A stretch of 64,000 bases of DNA from Sphingomonas sp. UBA978. Lineage in GTDB: Bacteria; Pseudomonadota; Alphaproteobacteria; Sphingomonadales; Sphingomonadaceae. The notes beneath the pieces are model-generated. The model made no database searches, was not told where the DNA came from, and worked only from the letters and a program-made list of their open reading frames with translations. Below are positions 8,858 through 20,581 of this stretch, one piece after another (the first letter of the stretch is position 1; each line of letters begins with the position of its first letter). The stretch covers positions 181,065 through 245,064 of the forward strand of contig NZ_DBBS01000018.1 in the NCBI RefSeq assembly GCF_002292295.1, in the 5' to 3' direction. The translations under genes were made by a program, and so were the position numbers.

Positions 8858-10288
8858 TTACAGCGTGATCGCCGCCTTCATGCCCAGCACGCCGACGTCG
8901 TCCGCCTGCCGTATCCCGCCGGGATGATGGATATATTGCAGGTTCGGCCGCAGCTCGAGCCAGTCGGCGGGATGGATGCTGTAATACACCTCCGCCGCAT
9001 ATTCGGCGTGGCGCACCGCCGTGCCCGGCACCAGCCGGTCGGCCCGCGCGGCGCGGCCGTTGACGTTGGTCCGCGCGACGCCGACGCCGAGCACGTCGCC
9101 CGGCACCGCCGGCACCAGCCCCTTGTAGAACAGCCCCAGCGACACCTGATTGTCGGTGACCGAGGTGGCGCGATCCGCCTGCGTGACGTTCGCGAACATC
9201 GACAGGCCGGTCAGCGACTTGCCGTCCTTCGACGTGCCGGTCAGCTGCTGCTGCATCGTCGCATAGACGCCGTAGCGACTCGACCGGCGCAGCGGCGACA
9301 GCCCGGTCACGACGCTGGCATTGCGATTCGCATCGAACAGCACGTCGTCGCCGTTCGCGGTGCCGATCCAGCCGCCGACCTTGTACGATCCGACATTGCC
9401 GCCCCGCTCGCCGGCATCGCCGCCGCGCGTCCAGCCGATCTCGACCGGGACCAACACCCCCGTCGCGCCCTTGAACCGCGCGATGAAGAAATCGTTGTCG
9501 AGGTTGCGCGGATTGATTTCGTAGACGCCGCCCTGGACGTAGAGGTCCTGCGGCAGCGCGACGCGGACGCGTGCGCCCCATTGGCCGATCGGCCAGTTCT
9601 GCCAGTAATCGCCGACCAGATTGCCCGGCTGCGCCCCGCAGAAGCTGAGGTTCATGAAATGGCAGGAGAAGACCGCGAAATCCTCGCCCGGGTTGGTCCG
9701 GCCGAGCTTGATCTCGACCGCCTCGCCGATGCGCTGTTCGTACCAGAGCTGCGTCACCCGCACGGTCTGGCCGCGGCCGTAGACCTCCTGCACCTGCTGC
9801 AGCGAATCGATGCCGGCGTCGGTGGTGAGATTGCGTCCGCGCCGCCACGTCACCGTCGCCTGGAAGGCGCCACCGGTCAGCCCGACGAGCTTGTCGAGGT
9901 CGAGCAGCACGCCGGCGTCGAACTGCCCCGTCTCGCGGAACAGCTTCCGGTCGCCGCCGGCGAAGTTATAGCCGCTTTCCGATGCATAGCGCGCCGTGAC
10001 GCCGATGCCGCGCTGGCCGAGCCGGGTGCGGATGTCTTGCCAGTCGCCGATCAGACCCGGCGGCGGCGTGCTCTGCGTGTCGCCGATCAGCGCCGAGGGC
10101 GAAGTATCGCGCGTGCGGCTGATCGGCGTGCGCGGCCGGCGCTGCGTGTCGCCCTGGCTGCTGTCGGGCGCCGCCTCCGCGGTGTCGGGCGCGGGCGGCG
10201 AGGCGCCGACGTCGATCTGTTGCGCCTGCGCAGCGCCGGCCAGCAGCGTGGCGGCGACAAGGCCAAGTGCGAACCCGGGCAGCGTCAT
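8858..10288 (-). CDS. carbohydrate-selective porin, OprB family
   Basis: From ORF 8858..10942, trimmed to MTLPGFALGLVAATLLAGAAQAQ (signal peptide). The body is OprB-like with alternating beta-strand character. The sequence ends in ...KAAITL rather than the usual terminal aromatic residue. Confidence 0.8.
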   Translation of the reverse strand: MTLPGFALGLVAATLLAGAAQAQQIDVGASPPAPDTAEAAPDSSQGDTQRRPRTPISRTRDTSPSALIGDTQSTPPPGLIGDWQDIRTRLGQRGIGVTARYASESGYNFAGGDRKLFRETGQFDAGVLLDLDKLVGLTGGAFQATVTWRRGRNLTTDAGIDSLQQVQEVYGRGQTVRVTQLWYEQRIGEAVEIKLGRTNPGEDFAVFSCHFMNLSFCGAQPGNLVGDYWQNWPIGQWGARVRVALPQDLYVQGGVYEINPRNLDNDFFIARFKGATGVLVPVEIGWTRGGDAGERGGNVGSYKVGGWIGTANGDDVLFDANRNASVVTGLSPLRRSSRYGVYATMQQQLTGTSKDGKSLTGLSMFANVTQADRATSVTDNQVSLGLFYKGLVPAVPGDVLGVGVARTNVNGRAARADRLVPGTAVRHAEYAAEVYYSIHPADWLELRPNLQYIHHPGGIRQADDVGVLGMKAAITL

Positions 10289-10302
10289 GGCAGGTGCGGC
10301 CC

Positions 10303-11115
10303 TCAGTCGCGGAGCAGATCGTTGATGCTGGTCTTGCTGCGCGTCTGCGCGTCGACGCGCTTGACGATCACCGCGCAATAGAGCGCGGGCTTGCCGCCGC
10401 CGCCGCCCATCGATCCCGGCACGACCACCGCATAGGGCGGTACCTCGCCCTTGAAGACCTCGCCCGTCGCGCGATCGACGATCTTCGTCGACGCGCCCAG
10501 ATAGACGCCCATCGACAACACCGCGCCCTCGCCGACGCGTACGCCCTCCGCCACTTCGGCACGCGCGCCGATGAAGGCGCCGTCGCCGATGATGACCGGA
10601 TCGGCCTGCAACGGCTCGAGCACGCCGCCGATGCCCGCGCCGCCCGAGAGGTGGACGTTCCGGCCGATCTGCGCGCACGATCCGACCGTCGCCCAGGTGT
10701 CGACCATCGTGCCTTCGCCGACATAGGCGCCGATGTTGACGAAGCTCGGCATCAGGATCGCGCCCTTGCCGATGAAGGCGCCGCGGCGCACGACGCTGCC
10801 CGGCACCGCGCGGAAGCCGGCGCTGCGGAATTCCGCCTCGCTCCAGTCCGAGAATTTCAGCGGCACCTTGTCGAAATGGCCGGTCGGCGTGACGACATTG
10901 TCGTTGAGGCGGAAGCTGAGCAGCACCGCCTTCTTGAGCCACTGGTTGACCCGCCAGCCGCCCGCGCCGTCGGGCTCGGCGACGCGCGCCGTGCCCGCGT
11001 CGAGCGACGCCAGCGCCGCCTCGACCGCGTCGCGGACCTCACCCGTAGTGCCGAAGCCGAGGGTCGCGCGATCCTCCCACGCAGTCTCGATGACGTTGGC
11101 CAGGTCCTGGCTCAT
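10303..11115 (-). CDS. dapD: 2,3,4,5-tetrahydropyridine-2,6-dicarboxylate N-succinyltransferase
   Basis: From ORF 10303..11316, trimmed to [16 protein letters not shown]. It has left-handed beta-helix hexapeptide repeats and a DapD-like C-terminus. Its ATG overlaps the upstream gene's stop (ATGA at 11112-11115). Confidence 0.9.
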   Translation of the reverse strand: MSQDLANVIETAWEDRATLGFGTTGEVRDAVEAALASLDAGTARVAEPDGAGGWRVNQWLKKAVLLSFRLNDNVVTPTGHFDKVPLKFSDWSEAEFRSAGFRAVPGSVVRRGAFIGKGAILMPSFVNIGAYVGEGTMVDTWATVGSCAQIGRNVHLSGGAGIGGVLEPLQADPVIIGDGAFIGARAEVAEGVRVGEGAVLSMGVYLGASTKIVDRATGEVFKGEVPPYAVVVPGSMGGGGGKPALYCAVIVKRVDAQTRSKTSINDLLRD

Positions 11116-11777
11116 GATGCCTCCATGATATGCTGCAGCCACGGCGCGAGGTCGTGGACGATATAGTCGATATGGTCGCGGCGCGGCTCCGGCCCCTGTT
11201 CGGAGCCGTTGTCGACCCAGACGGTGGTCATGCCGATCGCCTTGGCGGGCGCGAGGTTGCGCGCCATGTCCTCGAAGAAGATCGCCCGCGTCGGCTCGAT
11301 CCCGAACGCCGCGCACAGCCCGGCATAGGCCGACGGGTGCGGCTTGGGGACGAGGTCCATCGCATGGATGTCGTGCACCGCCTCGAAGCTCTCGCCGAGG
11401 CCGAGGCGGTCGAGCACCTTCAAAGCATAGGGCTTGTCGCCGTTGGTGAAGACCAGTTTGCGGCCAGGCAGCTGCGCGATCGCGGCGGCGAGCGGCGCGT
11501 CCTCTTCCAGCACGTCCATCTCGACGTCGTGGACGTCGGCGAGGAATTCGTGCGGGTCGACGCCATGGTCCGCCATCAGGCCGGTCAGAGTCGTGCCGTG
11601 CCGATGGAAATAGTCCTTCTGGACCACCCTCGCCGCGTCGTGCGGCAGGCCGAGGCGGCGCGCGACATAGGCGGTCATGCGATCGTCGATCCGCGCGAAC
11701 AGGTTCGCCCGTGCCGGATACAGCGTGTTGTCAAGATCGAAAATCCAGGTGTCGATCGGGGCGAGCGCGGCAAGCAT
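11112..11777 (-). CDS. HAD-superfamily pyrimidine 5'-nucleotidase
   Basis: HAD motif I is [11 protein letters not shown] trimmed the start to [10 protein letters not shown] (11777). It is translationally coupled to dapD. Confidence 0.8.
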   Translation of the reverse strand: MLAALAPIDTWIFDLDNTLYPARANLFARIDDRMTAYVARRLGLPHDAARVVQKDYFHRHGTTLTGLMADHGVDPHEFLADVHDVEMDVLEEDAPLAAAIAQLPGRKLVFTNGDKPYALKVLDRLGLGESFEAVHDIHAMDLVPKPHPSAYAGLCAAFGIEPTRAIFFEDMARNLAPAKAIGMTTVWVDNGSEQGPEPRRDHIDYIVHDLAPWLQHIMEAS

Positions 11778-11898
11778 GACGGGGGCGTCTAGGCGGCGGC
11801 GGCGGGCGGCACAAGCGAGGACGCGAAACACCATGGCGAGCACCCCCATTCCGGGGTTAATATCGCGTCAACTAAACTATCGTGGGGCAATCGGGGGA

Positions 11899-14220
11899 AT
11901 GGTCGGTCGATCGTGGCTGCTGGCAGGCGCCGCAGCCGTCGCAACGCTGGCGCTGGGCGGGTGCGGCGGCGCGGGCGGCGGCATCGCCAGCGCACCGCCG
12001 CCGGTGGCGGCGATCGTCACCCCGACGCCGACCCCCGTCGCGCTGCCGGCGGTCGCGCCGGCCCCGACGCCGACGCCGCCACCCGCGGCGATCAACTACG
12101 ACACCGCCGAATATCGCGCGACCGTGGGGGCGGTGTCGATGAACGCGCTGTCGGCCTATGCGAAGGGCGCGACCGGCGCGGGGGTGTCGCTCGCCGTGAT
12201 CGACAGCGGTATCGATCTGGAAAGCCAGGAATTCGCCGGTCGCATCGCGGCGACCTCCCGCGATGTCGCCGGCAATGGCGGAATCGACGACGAGGGCGGC
12301 CACGGCACCGCGGTCGCCTTCGCCGCCGCCGGGCGCCGCAACGACTCGGGCAGCCACGGCGTCGCATTCGACGCCACGCTGGTCGTGCTGCGCGCCGACC
12401 GCCCGGGCACCTGTGCCACCGAGGGACAGAGCGGCAGCGATTCGGGCTGCAAGTTCGGCACCGATGCGATCGCCAAGGGCGTCGATGCGGCACGCAATGC
12501 CGGCGCGCGCGTCATCAACATGTCCCTCGGCGGGACGAGCATGCCGCAGTCCCTGGTCGACGCGATCGGCCGCGCGACCGCGCAGGGAATCGTCATCGTC
12601 ATCGCCGCGGGCAACGACGGCAGCGACAATCCCGACCCGTTCACCGCGGTCGCCGGCAACGCCGCCGCGCGCAATCTGGTGATCGTCGCGGGATCGGTCG
12701 GCACCGGCGACATACTGTCCACCTTCAGCGACAAGGCAGGCAGCGGCGCCGCACATTATCTCGCCGCGGTCGGCGAGCGCGTGCGTGCCCCCAACCAGAG
12801 CGACACGCCCTATCTCTGGTCCGGCACCTCGTTCGCCGCGCCGCAGATCTCGGGCGCGATCGCATTGCTGGCGCAGGCCTTTCCCAACCTCAGCGGCGCG
12901 CAGATCGTCGACCTGCTGTTCCGCACCGCGCGCGATGCCGGCGCGGCAGGGGTCGACGGCGTCTACGGCAATGGCGTGCTCGACCTCACCCGCGCCTTCC
13001 AGCCGGTCGGCACCGCGATGGTCGCGGGATCGACGCTCGCGGTGTCGCTGGCCGGCAGCAATGCGACTTTGTCCGCCGCGATGGGCGACGCCTCCGTGGG
13101 AACGCTCGGCGCGGTGATCCTCGACAGCTACGACCGTGCCTTCGCGATCGATCTCGCGCGGACGATCAACCGCGCCGGACCGCAGCGGACGCTTGCGGGC
13201 GTGCTCGGCGCGCGGCAGCGCCAGCTGGCGGTCGCGGCGGGGGATACCAGCGTGTCGCTGACACTGGCGGCACGCCCGAACGGCGACGTCGCGGTCCAGC
13301 GCAGCACGCTCGCCGCCGGGCAGGCCGCGACCGCGCGCGCGATCGCCGGCGCGGTGACGCAGCGGATCGGCGCCAACACCAGCTTCGGCTTCGCCTTTTC
13401 GCAAGGGACCGGCACATTGTCGGCGCAGCTGGTCGGCCAGGCGCAGCCCGCCTTCCTCGTCGCCGGCCAGAGCGGCCTCGGCTTCGACAGCGTCGCCCGC
13501 TCCGCCGGTGCGCTCCGCCAGCAGGTCGGCGGCATCGGCCTCACCGCCGCCATCGAGAGCGGCGACGTGCTGGCGCGCCGCGACGCGCCGCTCGCCGGGA
13601 TGAACGGCTATCGCCGCTCTGGCTACGACGGCGCCGGCCTGACCGCCGACCGGCGCTGGGGCGGGCTCGCCACCGCGCTGACGGTCAGCACCCTGCGCGA
13701 ACGCGACACGCTGCTCGGCGCGCGCTTCGACCGCGGGCTCGGTGCCGCGCGTGCGACCAGCTGGTTCGTCGACATGGACGCGCGCTGGCGCCTCGGCGCG
13801 GGCTGGGCGGTCGGCGGATCGTGGCGGCGCGGCTGGACCGACGCCGGCTTGCGCGGCGGCCTTATCGGCAGCGGCCGGCTGACCACCGCCGCGTTCGCCG
13901 CCGACGTCGGCAAGGACCATCTGTTCGGCCGCGACAGCATCGGCCTGCGCATCGCGCAGCCTCTGCGCGTGGCGCGCGGCGGGCTCGACTACCGCCTGCC
14001 GACCAACTGGGATTATGCGACGCTGACGGTCACCGACTGGACGACGCAGCGGCTGAACCTCGCCCCCCGCGGCCGCGAGATCGACGTGGAGGCGCGCTAT
14101 CGCGTGCTGATCGGCAACGGCGACCTGCAGACCAACCTGTTCTGGCGGCGCGATCCGGGCAACATCGCCGCGCTGCCCGCGGACGTCGGCGGCGCGGTGC
14201 GCTACACGATCGGCTTCTGA
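11899..14220 (+). CDS. S8 (subtilisin-like) serine peptidase autotransporter with lipoprotein signal
   Basis: From ORF 11677..14220. The start is taken at [22 protein letters not shown] (lipobox). The catalytic triad contexts are VIDSGID, HGTAVA and [11 protein letters not shown]. There is a Pro/Thr-rich linker, and the C-terminal ~280 aa are beta-barrel-like, ending in YTIGF. Confidence 0.85.
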   Translation: MVGRSWLLAGAAAVATLALGGCGGAGGGIASAPPPVAAIVTPTPTPVALPAVAPAPTPTPPPAAINYDTAEYRATVGAVSMNALSAYAKGATGAGVSLAVIDSGIDLESQEFAGRIAATSRDVAGNGGIDDEGGHGTAVAFAAAGRRNDSGSHGVAFDATLVVLRADRPGTCATEGQSGSDSGCKFGTDAIAKGVDAARNAGARVINMSLGGTSMPQSLVDAIGRATAQGIVIVIAAGNDGSDNPDPFTAVAGNAAARNLVIVAGSVGTGDILSTFSDKAGSGAAHYLAAVGERVRAPNQSDTPYLWSGTSFAAPQISGAIALLAQAFPNLSGAQIVDLLFRTARDAGAAGVDGVYGNGVLDLTRAFQPVGTAMVAGSTLAVSLAGSNATLSAAMGDASVGTLGAVILDSYDRAFAIDLARTINRAGPQRTLAGVLGARQRQLAVAAGDTSVSLTLAARPNGDVAVQRSTLAAGQAATARAIAGAVTQRIGANTSFGFAFSQGTGTLSAQLVGQAQPAFLVAGQSGLGFDSVARSAGALRQQVGGIGLTAAIESGDVLARRDAPLAGMNGYRRSGYDGAGLTADRRWGGLATALTVSTLRERDTLLGARFDRGLGAARATSWFVDMDARWRLGAGWAVGGSWRRGWTDAGLRGGLIGSGRLTTAAFAADVGKDHLFGRDSIGLRIAQPLRVARGGLDYRLPTNWDYATLTVTDWTTQRLNLAPRGREIDVEARYRVLIGNGDLQTNLFWRRDPGNIAALPADVGGAVRYTIGF

Positions 14221-14255
14221 TTGCGCGACGGGCCACGCGTTCCCATCTCCCGGAC

Positions 14256-15254
14256 ATGACCCAATATTCCCTGCTCGATCTGGTCCCCGTCGTCGAAGGC
14301 GGCACCGTCTCGCAAGCGCTCGCCAACGCCGCCGATCTGGCGCGCCACGCCGAAACATTGGGCTATCGCCGCTATTGGGTCGCCGAACATCACGGCATGC
14401 GCGGCATCGCCAGCGCCGCGACCGCGGTCGTCATCGCGCATGTCGCCGCCGCGACCAGCCGCATCCGCGTCGGCGCGGGCGGGATCATGCTGCCCAATCA
14501 TGCGCCGCTCGTGATCGCGGAGCAGTTCGGCACGCTCGACGCGCTGTTCCCGGGGCGGATCGACCTCGGGCTCGGTCGCGCGCCCGGGTCCGATCAGCGC
14601 GTTGCCCGCGCGATGCGCCGCACATTGGAGAGCGACGCCAACGCCTTCCCGCAGGACGTCATGGAATTGCAGAGCTATTTCGCCGACGACGGCCGCACCG
14701 GTATCGCCGCGACGCCCGGCGCGGGTGCGGACGTGCCGCTGTGGATCCTCGGATCGAGCACCTTCGGTGCGCAGCTCGCCGCCGCGCTCGGCCTCCCCTA
14801 TGCCTTCGCCTCGCATTTCGCACCCGACGCGCTCGACGCCGCGCTCGCCATCTATCGCCGCGACTTCCGCCCCTCCGCCCAGCTGTCAAAGCCGCACGCC
14901 ATGGCGGGGTTCAACGTCTTCGCCGCCGACACCGACGCGGAAGCGGAACTGCTCGCCAGCTCGCAGCAACAGTCGTTCGTCGCGCTGCGCACCGGCAACC
15001 CGCGTCAGCTGCCGCCGCCCGTCGCCGGCTATCGCGCCGGGCTCGGCGCGCAGGGGGCGGCGATCCTCGACCATGTGCTGCAATGCTCCGCGGTCGGCTC
15101 GCCGACGACGGTCGCGCGGCAGACCGCGGCGTTCATCGAGCGCACCGGCGTCGACGAGGTGATGGTGGCGAGCGCGATCTACGACCACGACGCGCGCAAG
15201 CGCAGCCTAGCCATCACCGCCGAGGTGATGAGCGGCCTGACCGTCGCCGCCTAG
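14256..15254 (+). CDS. LLM-class (luciferase-like) flavin-dependent oxidoreductase
   Basis: This is the C-terminal 332 aa of ORF 11913..15254, from [16 protein letters not shown] and including [12 protein letters not shown] and [11 protein letters not shown]. That is the typical LLM/YhbW-like pattern. Confidence 0.85.
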   Translation: MTQYSLLDLVPVVEGGTVSQALANAADLARHAETLGYRRYWVAEHHGMRGIASAATAVVIAHVAAATSRIRVGAGGIMLPNHAPLVIAEQFGTLDALFPGRIDLGLGRAPGSDQRVARAMRRTLESDANAFPQDVMELQSYFADDGRTGIAATPGAGADVPLWILGSSTFGAQLAAALGLPYAFASHFAPDALDAALAIYRRDFRPSAQLSKPHAMAGFNVFAADTDAEAELLASSQQQSFVALRTGNPRQLPPPVAGYRAGLGAQGAAILDHVLQCSAVGSPTTVARQTAAFIERTGVDEVMVASAIYDHDARKRSLAITAEVMSGLTVAA

Positions 15255-15258
15255 CGCG

Positions 15259-16563
15259 CTAGACGCTGACGTCGCTACGCTGCCGCCCGTCGGTGCCGAA
15301 GATGCGAAGATAGCGTTCGATCTCCGCCGGGTCGCCGGTCGCCTTGGCGGGATTGTCCGACAGCTTCACCGCCGGGCGGCCATTGGCGCGCGTCACCTTG
15401 GCGACCAGCGAGATCGGCTCCAGCCCCGCCGCGCCATCGGGATCGCAGCCGCGGAAATCGTTGGTGAGGTTCGTCCCCCAGCCGAAGCTCATCCGCACCC
15501 GGCCGTAAAAATGACGATAGACGCGCTCGATCGAATCGACGTCCATCCCGTCGGAAAAGATCAGCAGCTTCTCGCGCGGGTCCTGCCCCCTGGCGCGCCA
15601 CCAGGCGATGATCTGCTCACCCGCGGGAATCGGCGGGGCGCTGTCGGGGCGGAAGCCGGTCCAGCCCGCGACCCAGTCGGGCGCATCGCGCAGGAACGCC
15701 GCGGTGCCGAACGCATCGGGCAGCACGACGAGCAGGTTGCCGCCATAATGCGCCTGCCATTCCTCCAGCACGCGATAGGGCGCCGCAGCGACGCCGGCAT
15801 CGTCCTGCGCCAGCGCCGCCAGCACCATCGGCAGCTCGTGCGCGTTGGTGCCGATCGCCTCCAGATCATTGTCCATCGCCAGCAGCACGTTGGACGACCC
15901 GATGAAGCGGCTGCCCAGCCCCTCCTTCAGCGCCTCGACGCACCAGCGCTGCCACAGGAAGCCGTGCCGCCGCCGCGTCCCGAAGTCGGAGATGACGAGG
16001 TCGGGCAGCGCGCGCAGCCGCTCGACCTTGTCCCACAGTTTCGCCTTGGCGCGCGCGTACAGCACGTCGAGCGCGAACCGGTCCTTGTCGCGCAGCGCGG
16101 CGCGGGCACGCAGTTCGTTGACGATCGCCAGCGCCGGGATCTCCCACATCGTCGTGTGCGTCCACGGCCCTGCGAAGGTCAGCTCGAACTGCCCGTCGAC
16201 CCGGCGCAGCTCATAGGGCGGCAGCCGGAAATCGGCGAGCCAGCGGATGAAATCGGGCGCGAACATCCGCTCCTGCCCGTAGAAGCTGTTGCCCGCCAGC
16301 CAGATCAGCTCCTTCTTGGCGAAGCGCAGTCCGCGGGCGTGGTCCAGCTGCGCGCGCAATTCGCCCTCGTCGATGACATCGGCCAGCCGCACGGTGGTGC
16401 TGCGGTTGATGAGCCGGAACGTCGCCTCCACGTCGCCGTGCAGGTGGCGGATCATCTGCAGCATCAGCAATTTGTAGAAATCGGTGTCGAGCAGGCTGCG
16501 CACGATCGGGTCGAGCCGCCAATTGTGGTCCCAGGTGCGCGTGGCGATATCGGTGACGGCCAT
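15259..16563 (-). CDS. pncB: nicotinate phosphoribosyltransferase
   Basis: A 434-aa ORF. It contains [20 protein letters not shown] near the N-terminus and is PncB-like over its full length. Confidence 0.9.
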   Translation of the reverse strand: MAVTDIATRTWDHNWRLDPIVRSLLDTDFYKLLMLQMIRHLHGDVEATFRLINRSTTVRLADVIDEGELRAQLDHARGLRFAKKELIWLAGNSFYGQERMFAPDFIRWLADFRLPPYELRRVDGQFELTFAGPWTHTTMWEIPALAIVNELRARAALRDKDRFALDVLYARAKAKLWDKVERLRALPDLVISDFGTRRRHGFLWQRWCVEALKEGLGSRFIGSSNVLLAMDNDLEAIGTNAHELPMVLAALAQDDAGVAAAPYRVLEEWQAHYGGNLLVVLPDAFGTAAFLRDAPDWVAGWTGFRPDSAPPIPAGEQIIAWWRARGQDPREKLLIFSDGMDVDSIERVYRHFYGRVRMSFGWGTNLTNDFRGCDPDGAAGLEPISLVAKVTRANGRPAVKLSDNPAKATGDPAEIERYLRIFGTDGRQRSDVSV

Positions 16564-16620
16564 CGCGGTGCGCTACAGCCAAGCGCCGGGCTTTCCAACC
16601 GTCCGCCGCGGCCCTAGTCA

Positions 16621-16630
16621 TGGTCCGACA
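16621..16630. promoter_or_regulatory. candidate GntR/FadR-type operator (tgGTCCGACa), 16 nt upstream of the regulator start
   Basis: A GT-N3-AC core sits inside a GTCnGAC palindrome. The same core (taGTCAGACa) occurs in the galM/MFS divergent promoter region at 20572-20581. Confidence 0.3.
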
Positions 16631-16645
16631 CATCGGGAGAGCGGG

Positions 16646-17356
16646 ATGGCGATCAAGAGCGAACGGCGCGAACCATCCCACACCCTGATCGCCCGCGACC
16701 TCGGCATCGCCATCGTCACCGGCCAGCATCCGCCGGGCAGCGTCATCCCCGGCGAGATCGACATCGCCACCCGCCGCGGCGTGTCGCGCAGCGTCGTGCG
16801 CGAGGCGTTGCGCATGCTGTCCGCCAAGGGGCTGGTCGAAAGCCGTCCCAAGTCCGGCACCCGGGTGCGCGAGCGCGCGCAGTGGAACCTGCTCGATCCC
16901 GACCTGCTCGCCTGGATGTTCGAGGGCGAACCGCCTGCCAGCTTCGTGCGCGCGCTGTTCCAGCTGCGCATGATCGTCGAGCCCGCCGCCGCCGAGATGG
17001 CGGCATTGTCGCGCCGGCCGGACCAGCTGGTCCGCATGGCCGCCGCGCTGGACGGCATGGCGACGCACGGTCTCGGCACGGCCGAGGGGCAGGCCGCCGA
17101 CCAGGCGTTCCACAACACGATCCTCGAGGCGACCGACAACGAGCTGCTGGTCAGCCTGTCGGGCAGCATCGGCGCCGCGGTGCGCTGGACCACGATCTTC
17201 AAATACCGCGGCAGCCGCCGCCCGCGCGATTCGATGCCGCAGCACCGCCGGCTGTTCGACGCGATCGCCGCATCGGACGCCGCGACCGCACGGGACGCGA
17301 CGATCGTCCTGCTGCAACAGGCGCACGAGGATACGGAACGCTCGCTGCAGGGGTGA
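16646..17356 (+). CDS. GntR-family transcriptional regulator, FadR (FCD) subfamily
   Basis: From ORF 16484..17356, trimmed to MAIKSERREPSH. The winged-HTH region is GVSRSVVREALRMLSAKGLVESRPKSGTRV, and the C-terminal domain is helical FCD-like. Confidence 0.85.
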   Translation: MAIKSERREPSHTLIARDLGIAIVTGQHPPGSVIPGEIDIATRRGVSRSVVREALRMLSAKGLVESRPKSGTRVRERAQWNLLDPDLLAWMFEGEPPASFVRALFQLRMIVEPAAAEMAALSRRPDQLVRMAAALDGMATHGLGTAEGQAADQAFHNTILEATDNELLVSLSGSIGAAVRWTTIFKYRGSRRPRDSMPQHRRLFDAIAASDAATARDATIVLLQQAHEDTERSLQG

Positions 17357-17401
17357 GAGGGTCGCTATGCCGCCGTGGTAGGCGCCGCGCCACCCCGCCA
17401 C

Positions 17402-17495
17402 CGTCATCCCCGCGCAGGCGGGGATCCATACACGCCGACGCTGCGAATCCTCACGAAGCGCGCGCGTCTGGATCCCCGCCTGCGCGGGGATGACG
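17402..17495. repeat. REP-like inverted pair, variant unit cgtcatccccgcgcaggcggggatccat
   Basis: The forward unit is at 17402-17428 and the inverted unit at 17469-17495. The pair lies between convergent genes and has the same cgtcat...hairpin...ccat architecture as 4966-5068 and 7631-7734. Confidence 0.8.
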
Positions 17496-17574
17496 ATATT
17501 GGTGGGGGCAGTGACGGGGGCATTGATGGAGCATCGGCCGGGCGTTGTCCCGGCCGCCTGTCATCGCCTCCCGG

Positions 17575-19368
17575 TCAATGGTTGTCGCGCGGCAGACCCA
17601 TCGTCTGGGCGATCCGCTGGTACTTCTCCGCCCCTTCCAGGATCGCGCCGGTGTTCATCTGGCCGACGACGGCGCGCTGGATCTCCTGCCACGGCGTCTG
17701 CGAGGCGGGGTAGGCGAAGCCGCCCGCCGCCTCCAGCGCGCGGCGGCGCTCCATCAGCTCGGCGTCGTCGATCAGCACGTCGGCGGTGCCGGTGTTGAGG
17801 TCGATCCGCACCCGGTCGCCGGTCCGGAGCAGCGCCAGCCCGCCCATCGCCGCGGCCTCCGGCGAGGCGTTGAGGATCGACGGCGACCCGCTGGTCCCCG
17901 ACTGCCGGCCGTCGCCGATGCACGGCAGCGCATGGACGCCTTCGGTGATGAGATAGGCGGGCGGGCGCATGTTGACCACCTCCGCCGCGCCCGGATAGCC
18001 GATCGGCCCGGCGCCGCGCATGAACAGCAAGGTTTCGGGCGTGATCCCGGTCGCGGGATCGTCGATGCGATGGTGGTAATCCTCCGGCCCGTCGAACACG
18101 ACCGCCGGCCCCTCGAAGGCGTTGAGATCGCCCGGCGTCGACAGATAGCGGTCGCGGAATTCGGGCGAGATCACGCTGGTCTTCATCACCGCCGCGTCGA
18201 ACAGATTGCCCGACAGCACGATGAAGCCCGCATCCTCGACCAGCGGCTGGTCGAACGGGCGAATGACCTTCTCGTCCTCGATGGCGACGCCGCGACAATT
18301 TTCGCCCATCGTCCGGCCGTTGACGGTCAGCGCATCCTCGTGGATCAGCCCCTGCCCGATCAGCTGGTTGACCACCGCCGGCACGCCGCCCGCGCGGTAG
18401 TAATCCTCGCCCAGATATTCACCGGCGGGTTGCAGATTGACCAGCAGCGGCACCTTGTGCCCCTCCGTCTCCCAGTCCTTCAGCGGCAGGTCGACGCCGA
18501 CATGGCGCGCGATCGCCGACAGATGGATCGGCGCGTTGGTCGATCCGCCGATCGCCGAATTGACCCGGATCGCATTGTGGAACGCGGGCCTAGTCAGGAT
18601 GTCGGACGGCTTCAGATCCTCCGCCACCATCTGCACGATCCGCTTGCCGGTCAGATAGGATACCTCCTGCCGGTCGCGATAGGGCGCGGGGATCGCCGCC
18701 GATCCGGGCAGCGACATGCCCAATGCCTCGCACAGCGAGTTCATCGTCGTCGCGGTGCCCATCGTATTGCAATAGCCGGTCGACGGCGCCGACGACGCGA
18801 CCAGCCGGATGAATTCGGCATCGTCGATCTCGCCCGCGGCGAGCAATTGCCGCGCCTTCCACACGATCGTGCCGCTGCCGGTGCGTTCGCCCTTGTGCCA
18901 GCCGTTGAGCATCGGCCCGACCGACAGCGCGATCGCCGGGATGTTCACCGTCGCCGCCGCCATCAGGCAGGCGGGCGTCGTCTTGTCGCAGCCGATCGTC
19001 AGCACGACGCCGTCGAGCGGATAGCCGTACAGGGTCTCGACCAGCCCGAGATAGGCGAGGTTGCGGTCGAGCCCCGCGGTCGGCCGCTTGCCCGTCTCCT
19101 GGATCGGATGAACGGGGAATTCCAGCACGATGCCGCCCGCCTCGCGCACGCCCTCGCGCACCCGCTCCGCCAGCACCAGATGGTGGCGGTTGCAGGGGCT
19201 GAGGTCGCTGCCGGTCTGGGCGATGCCGATGATCGGCTTGCCCGATTGCAGTTCCTCGAGGCTCAGGCCGAAGTTGAGATACCGCTCCAGATACAGCGCG
19301 GTCATGTCGATGTTGGCCGGGTTGTCGAACCAGGCCCTGGAGCGGAGGGGCGTGCGCGCGTTCGTCAT
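17575..19368 (-). CDS. IlvD/Edd-family sugar-acid dehydratase (XylD / L-arabinonate dehydratase type)
   Basis: A 597-aa ORF. Key stretches are [41 protein letters not shown] (Fe-S cluster region) and a C-terminal ...LPRDNH. From memory it is collinear with Caulobacter XylD-type pentonate dehydratases rather than biosynthetic IlvD. Confidence 0.85.
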   Translation of the reverse strand: MTNARTPLRSRAWFDNPANIDMTALYLERYLNFGLSLEELQSGKPIIGIAQTGSDLSPCNRHHLVLAERVREGVREAGGIVLEFPVHPIQETGKRPTAGLDRNLAYLGLVETLYGYPLDGVVLTIGCDKTTPACLMAAATVNIPAIALSVGPMLNGWHKGERTGSGTIVWKARQLLAAGEIDDAEFIRLVASSAPSTGYCNTMGTATTMNSLCEALGMSLPGSAAIPAPYRDRQEVSYLTGKRIVQMVAEDLKPSDILTRPAFHNAIRVNSAIGGSTNAPIHLSAIARHVGVDLPLKDWETEGHKVPLLVNLQPAGEYLGEDYYRAGGVPAVVNQLIGQGLIHEDALTVNGRTMGENCRGVAIEDEKVIRPFDQPLVEDAGFIVLSGNLFDAAVMKTSVISPEFRDRYLSTPGDLNAFEGPAVVFDGPEDYHHRIDDPATGITPETLLFMRGAGPIGYPGAAEVVNMRPPAYLITEGVHALPCIGDGRQSGTSGSPSILNASPEAAAMGGLALLRTGDRVRIDLNTGTADVLIDDAELMERRRALEAAGGFAYPASQTPWQEIQRAVVGQMNTGAILEGAEKYQRIAQTMGLPRDNH

Positions 19369-19369
19369 A

Positions 19370-20524
19370 TTATCTGGCCACCGAAAGTTTGTAGATCATC
19401 ACGTGCCGGTACGGCTTGCCGGGATCGACCCGGGGCGACGCAAAGGCGGGTTTGTTGGGCGAATCCGGAAACTTCTGTGGCTCCAGCGCAATGCCGTCGC
19501 CCATCCGGTAGACGTGGGCATGCTTGCCGACATAGGTCCCGTCGAGGAAGTTGCCGGTATAGAATTGCACGCCCGGCTCGGTGCTCGACACCTCGAGCAC
19601 GCGCCCCGACACCGGGTCCTCCAGCCGCGCGGCGAGCTGCGGCGTCGCGGTCGGCCCCTTGTCGAGCGCGAAATTATGGTCGTAGCCGCGCCCGACCACG
19701 ATCTGCGGATCGCGGCCGTCGCGCAGCCCCTCGGCGATGACGCGGCCATTGCGGAAATCGAACACCGTCCCCGCCACCGGGCGCAGCGCGCCGGTCGGGA
19801 TCAGATTGGCGTCGACCGGGGTGATCGCCTGCGCCGGGATCGTCAGCCGATGCCCCATCGCCCCCATCGGCGATCCCTCGCCGGCGAGGTTGAAGATCGC
19901 ATGGTTGGTCATGTTGACCACCGTCGGCTTGTCGGTCGCCGCGGCGAAGGTGACGGTCAGCGCGCCGTCGTCGCTCAGCGCATAGGTGACGGTGACGTCG
20001 AGCTTGCCGGGATAGCCCTGGTCGCCGTCCGCGCTGGTCAGCGCCAGCGTGACGCTGCCGTCCTTCACCGCGACGATCCGCCACGATTGCTTGTCGAAGC
20101 CCCTGGCGCCACCGTGCAGCGAATTGACCTTGTCGTTGAGCGACAGGCGGTACGTCCTGCCGTCGAGCGCGAAGGTGCCGCCGCCGATCCGGTTGGCATA
20201 GCGCCCCACCGTCACGCCGAAGAAATTGGGATGTTCGGCATAATCCTTCGCATCGTCATAGCCGAGCAGCACGTCGGCGACCTTGCCGTTGCGGTCGGGC
20301 CCGCTCAGCCGCTGCAAGGTCGCGCCATAGCTCAGGATGCGCGCCGCGACGCCGTTGGGCGCGGTCAGCGTCACCGCCTCCACCGCGGTACCGTCGGCGA
20401 GCGTCCCCGCCGCCTCGCGCCTGGCGGTCGCGGCATCGGCCTGCGCGGCGGCGGCCATCGTCATCACCCCGGCCAATGCCATGCCCAGTGCCCTGCCCAG
20501 TGCCCTATGAACCCTCACGCGCAT
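19370..20524 (-). CDS. galM: aldose 1-epimerase (galactose mutarotase) with predicted signal peptide
   Basis: The body is mutarotase-like ([28 protein letters not shown]). The N-terminus [31 protein letters not shown] looks like a Sec signal. It ends 2 nt before the dehydratase start, so the two are probably co-transcribed. Confidence 0.85.
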   Translation of the reverse strand: MRVRVHRALGRALGMALAGVMTMAAAAQADAATARREAAGTLADGTAVEAVTLTAPNGVAARILSYGATLQRLSGPDRNGKVADVLLGYDDAKDYAEHPNFFGVTVGRYANRIGGGTFALDGRTYRLSLNDKVNSLHGGARGFDKQSWRIVAVKDGSVTLALTSADGDQGYPGKLDVTVTYALSDDGALTVTFAAATDKPTVVNMTNHAIFNLAGEGSPMGAMGHRLTIPAQAITPVDANLIPTGALRPVAGTVFDFRNGRVIAEGLRDGRDPQIVVGRGYDHNFALDKGPTATPQLAARLEDPVSGRVLEVSSTEPGVQFYTGNFLDGTYVGKHAHVYRMGDGIALEPQKFPDSPNKPAFASPRVDPGKPYRHVMIYKLSVAR

Positions 20525-20571
20525 CCCTCCTCAGGCAGCATCCCGGATTGACCCGGCGTATCGCGTCTTTA

Positions 20572-20581
20572 TAGTCAGACA
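20572..20581. promoter_or_regulatory. candidate GntR/FadR-type operator (taGTCAGACa) in an AT-rich patch of the galM / MFS divergent promoter region
   Basis: It lies within tttatagtcagacaaataa (20568-20586), a locally AT-rich island in GC-rich DNA. It has the same GTCnGAC core as 16621-16630. Confidence 0.3.

Noticed and set aside
8772-9848. Long 5' extensions of real genes in the ORF track: glpX to 9848, the porin to 10942, LLM from 11913, bioA to 27660, bioD to 28112, bioF to 29026, the SGNH gene from 27923, the Mo-enzyme from 35831, and the TPR protein to 62945.
   Set aside because: The extensions overlap neighbouring, better-supported genes and encode Arg/Pro-rich junk. Conserved N-termini, signal peptides or ATGA/GTGA coupling identify internal starts.
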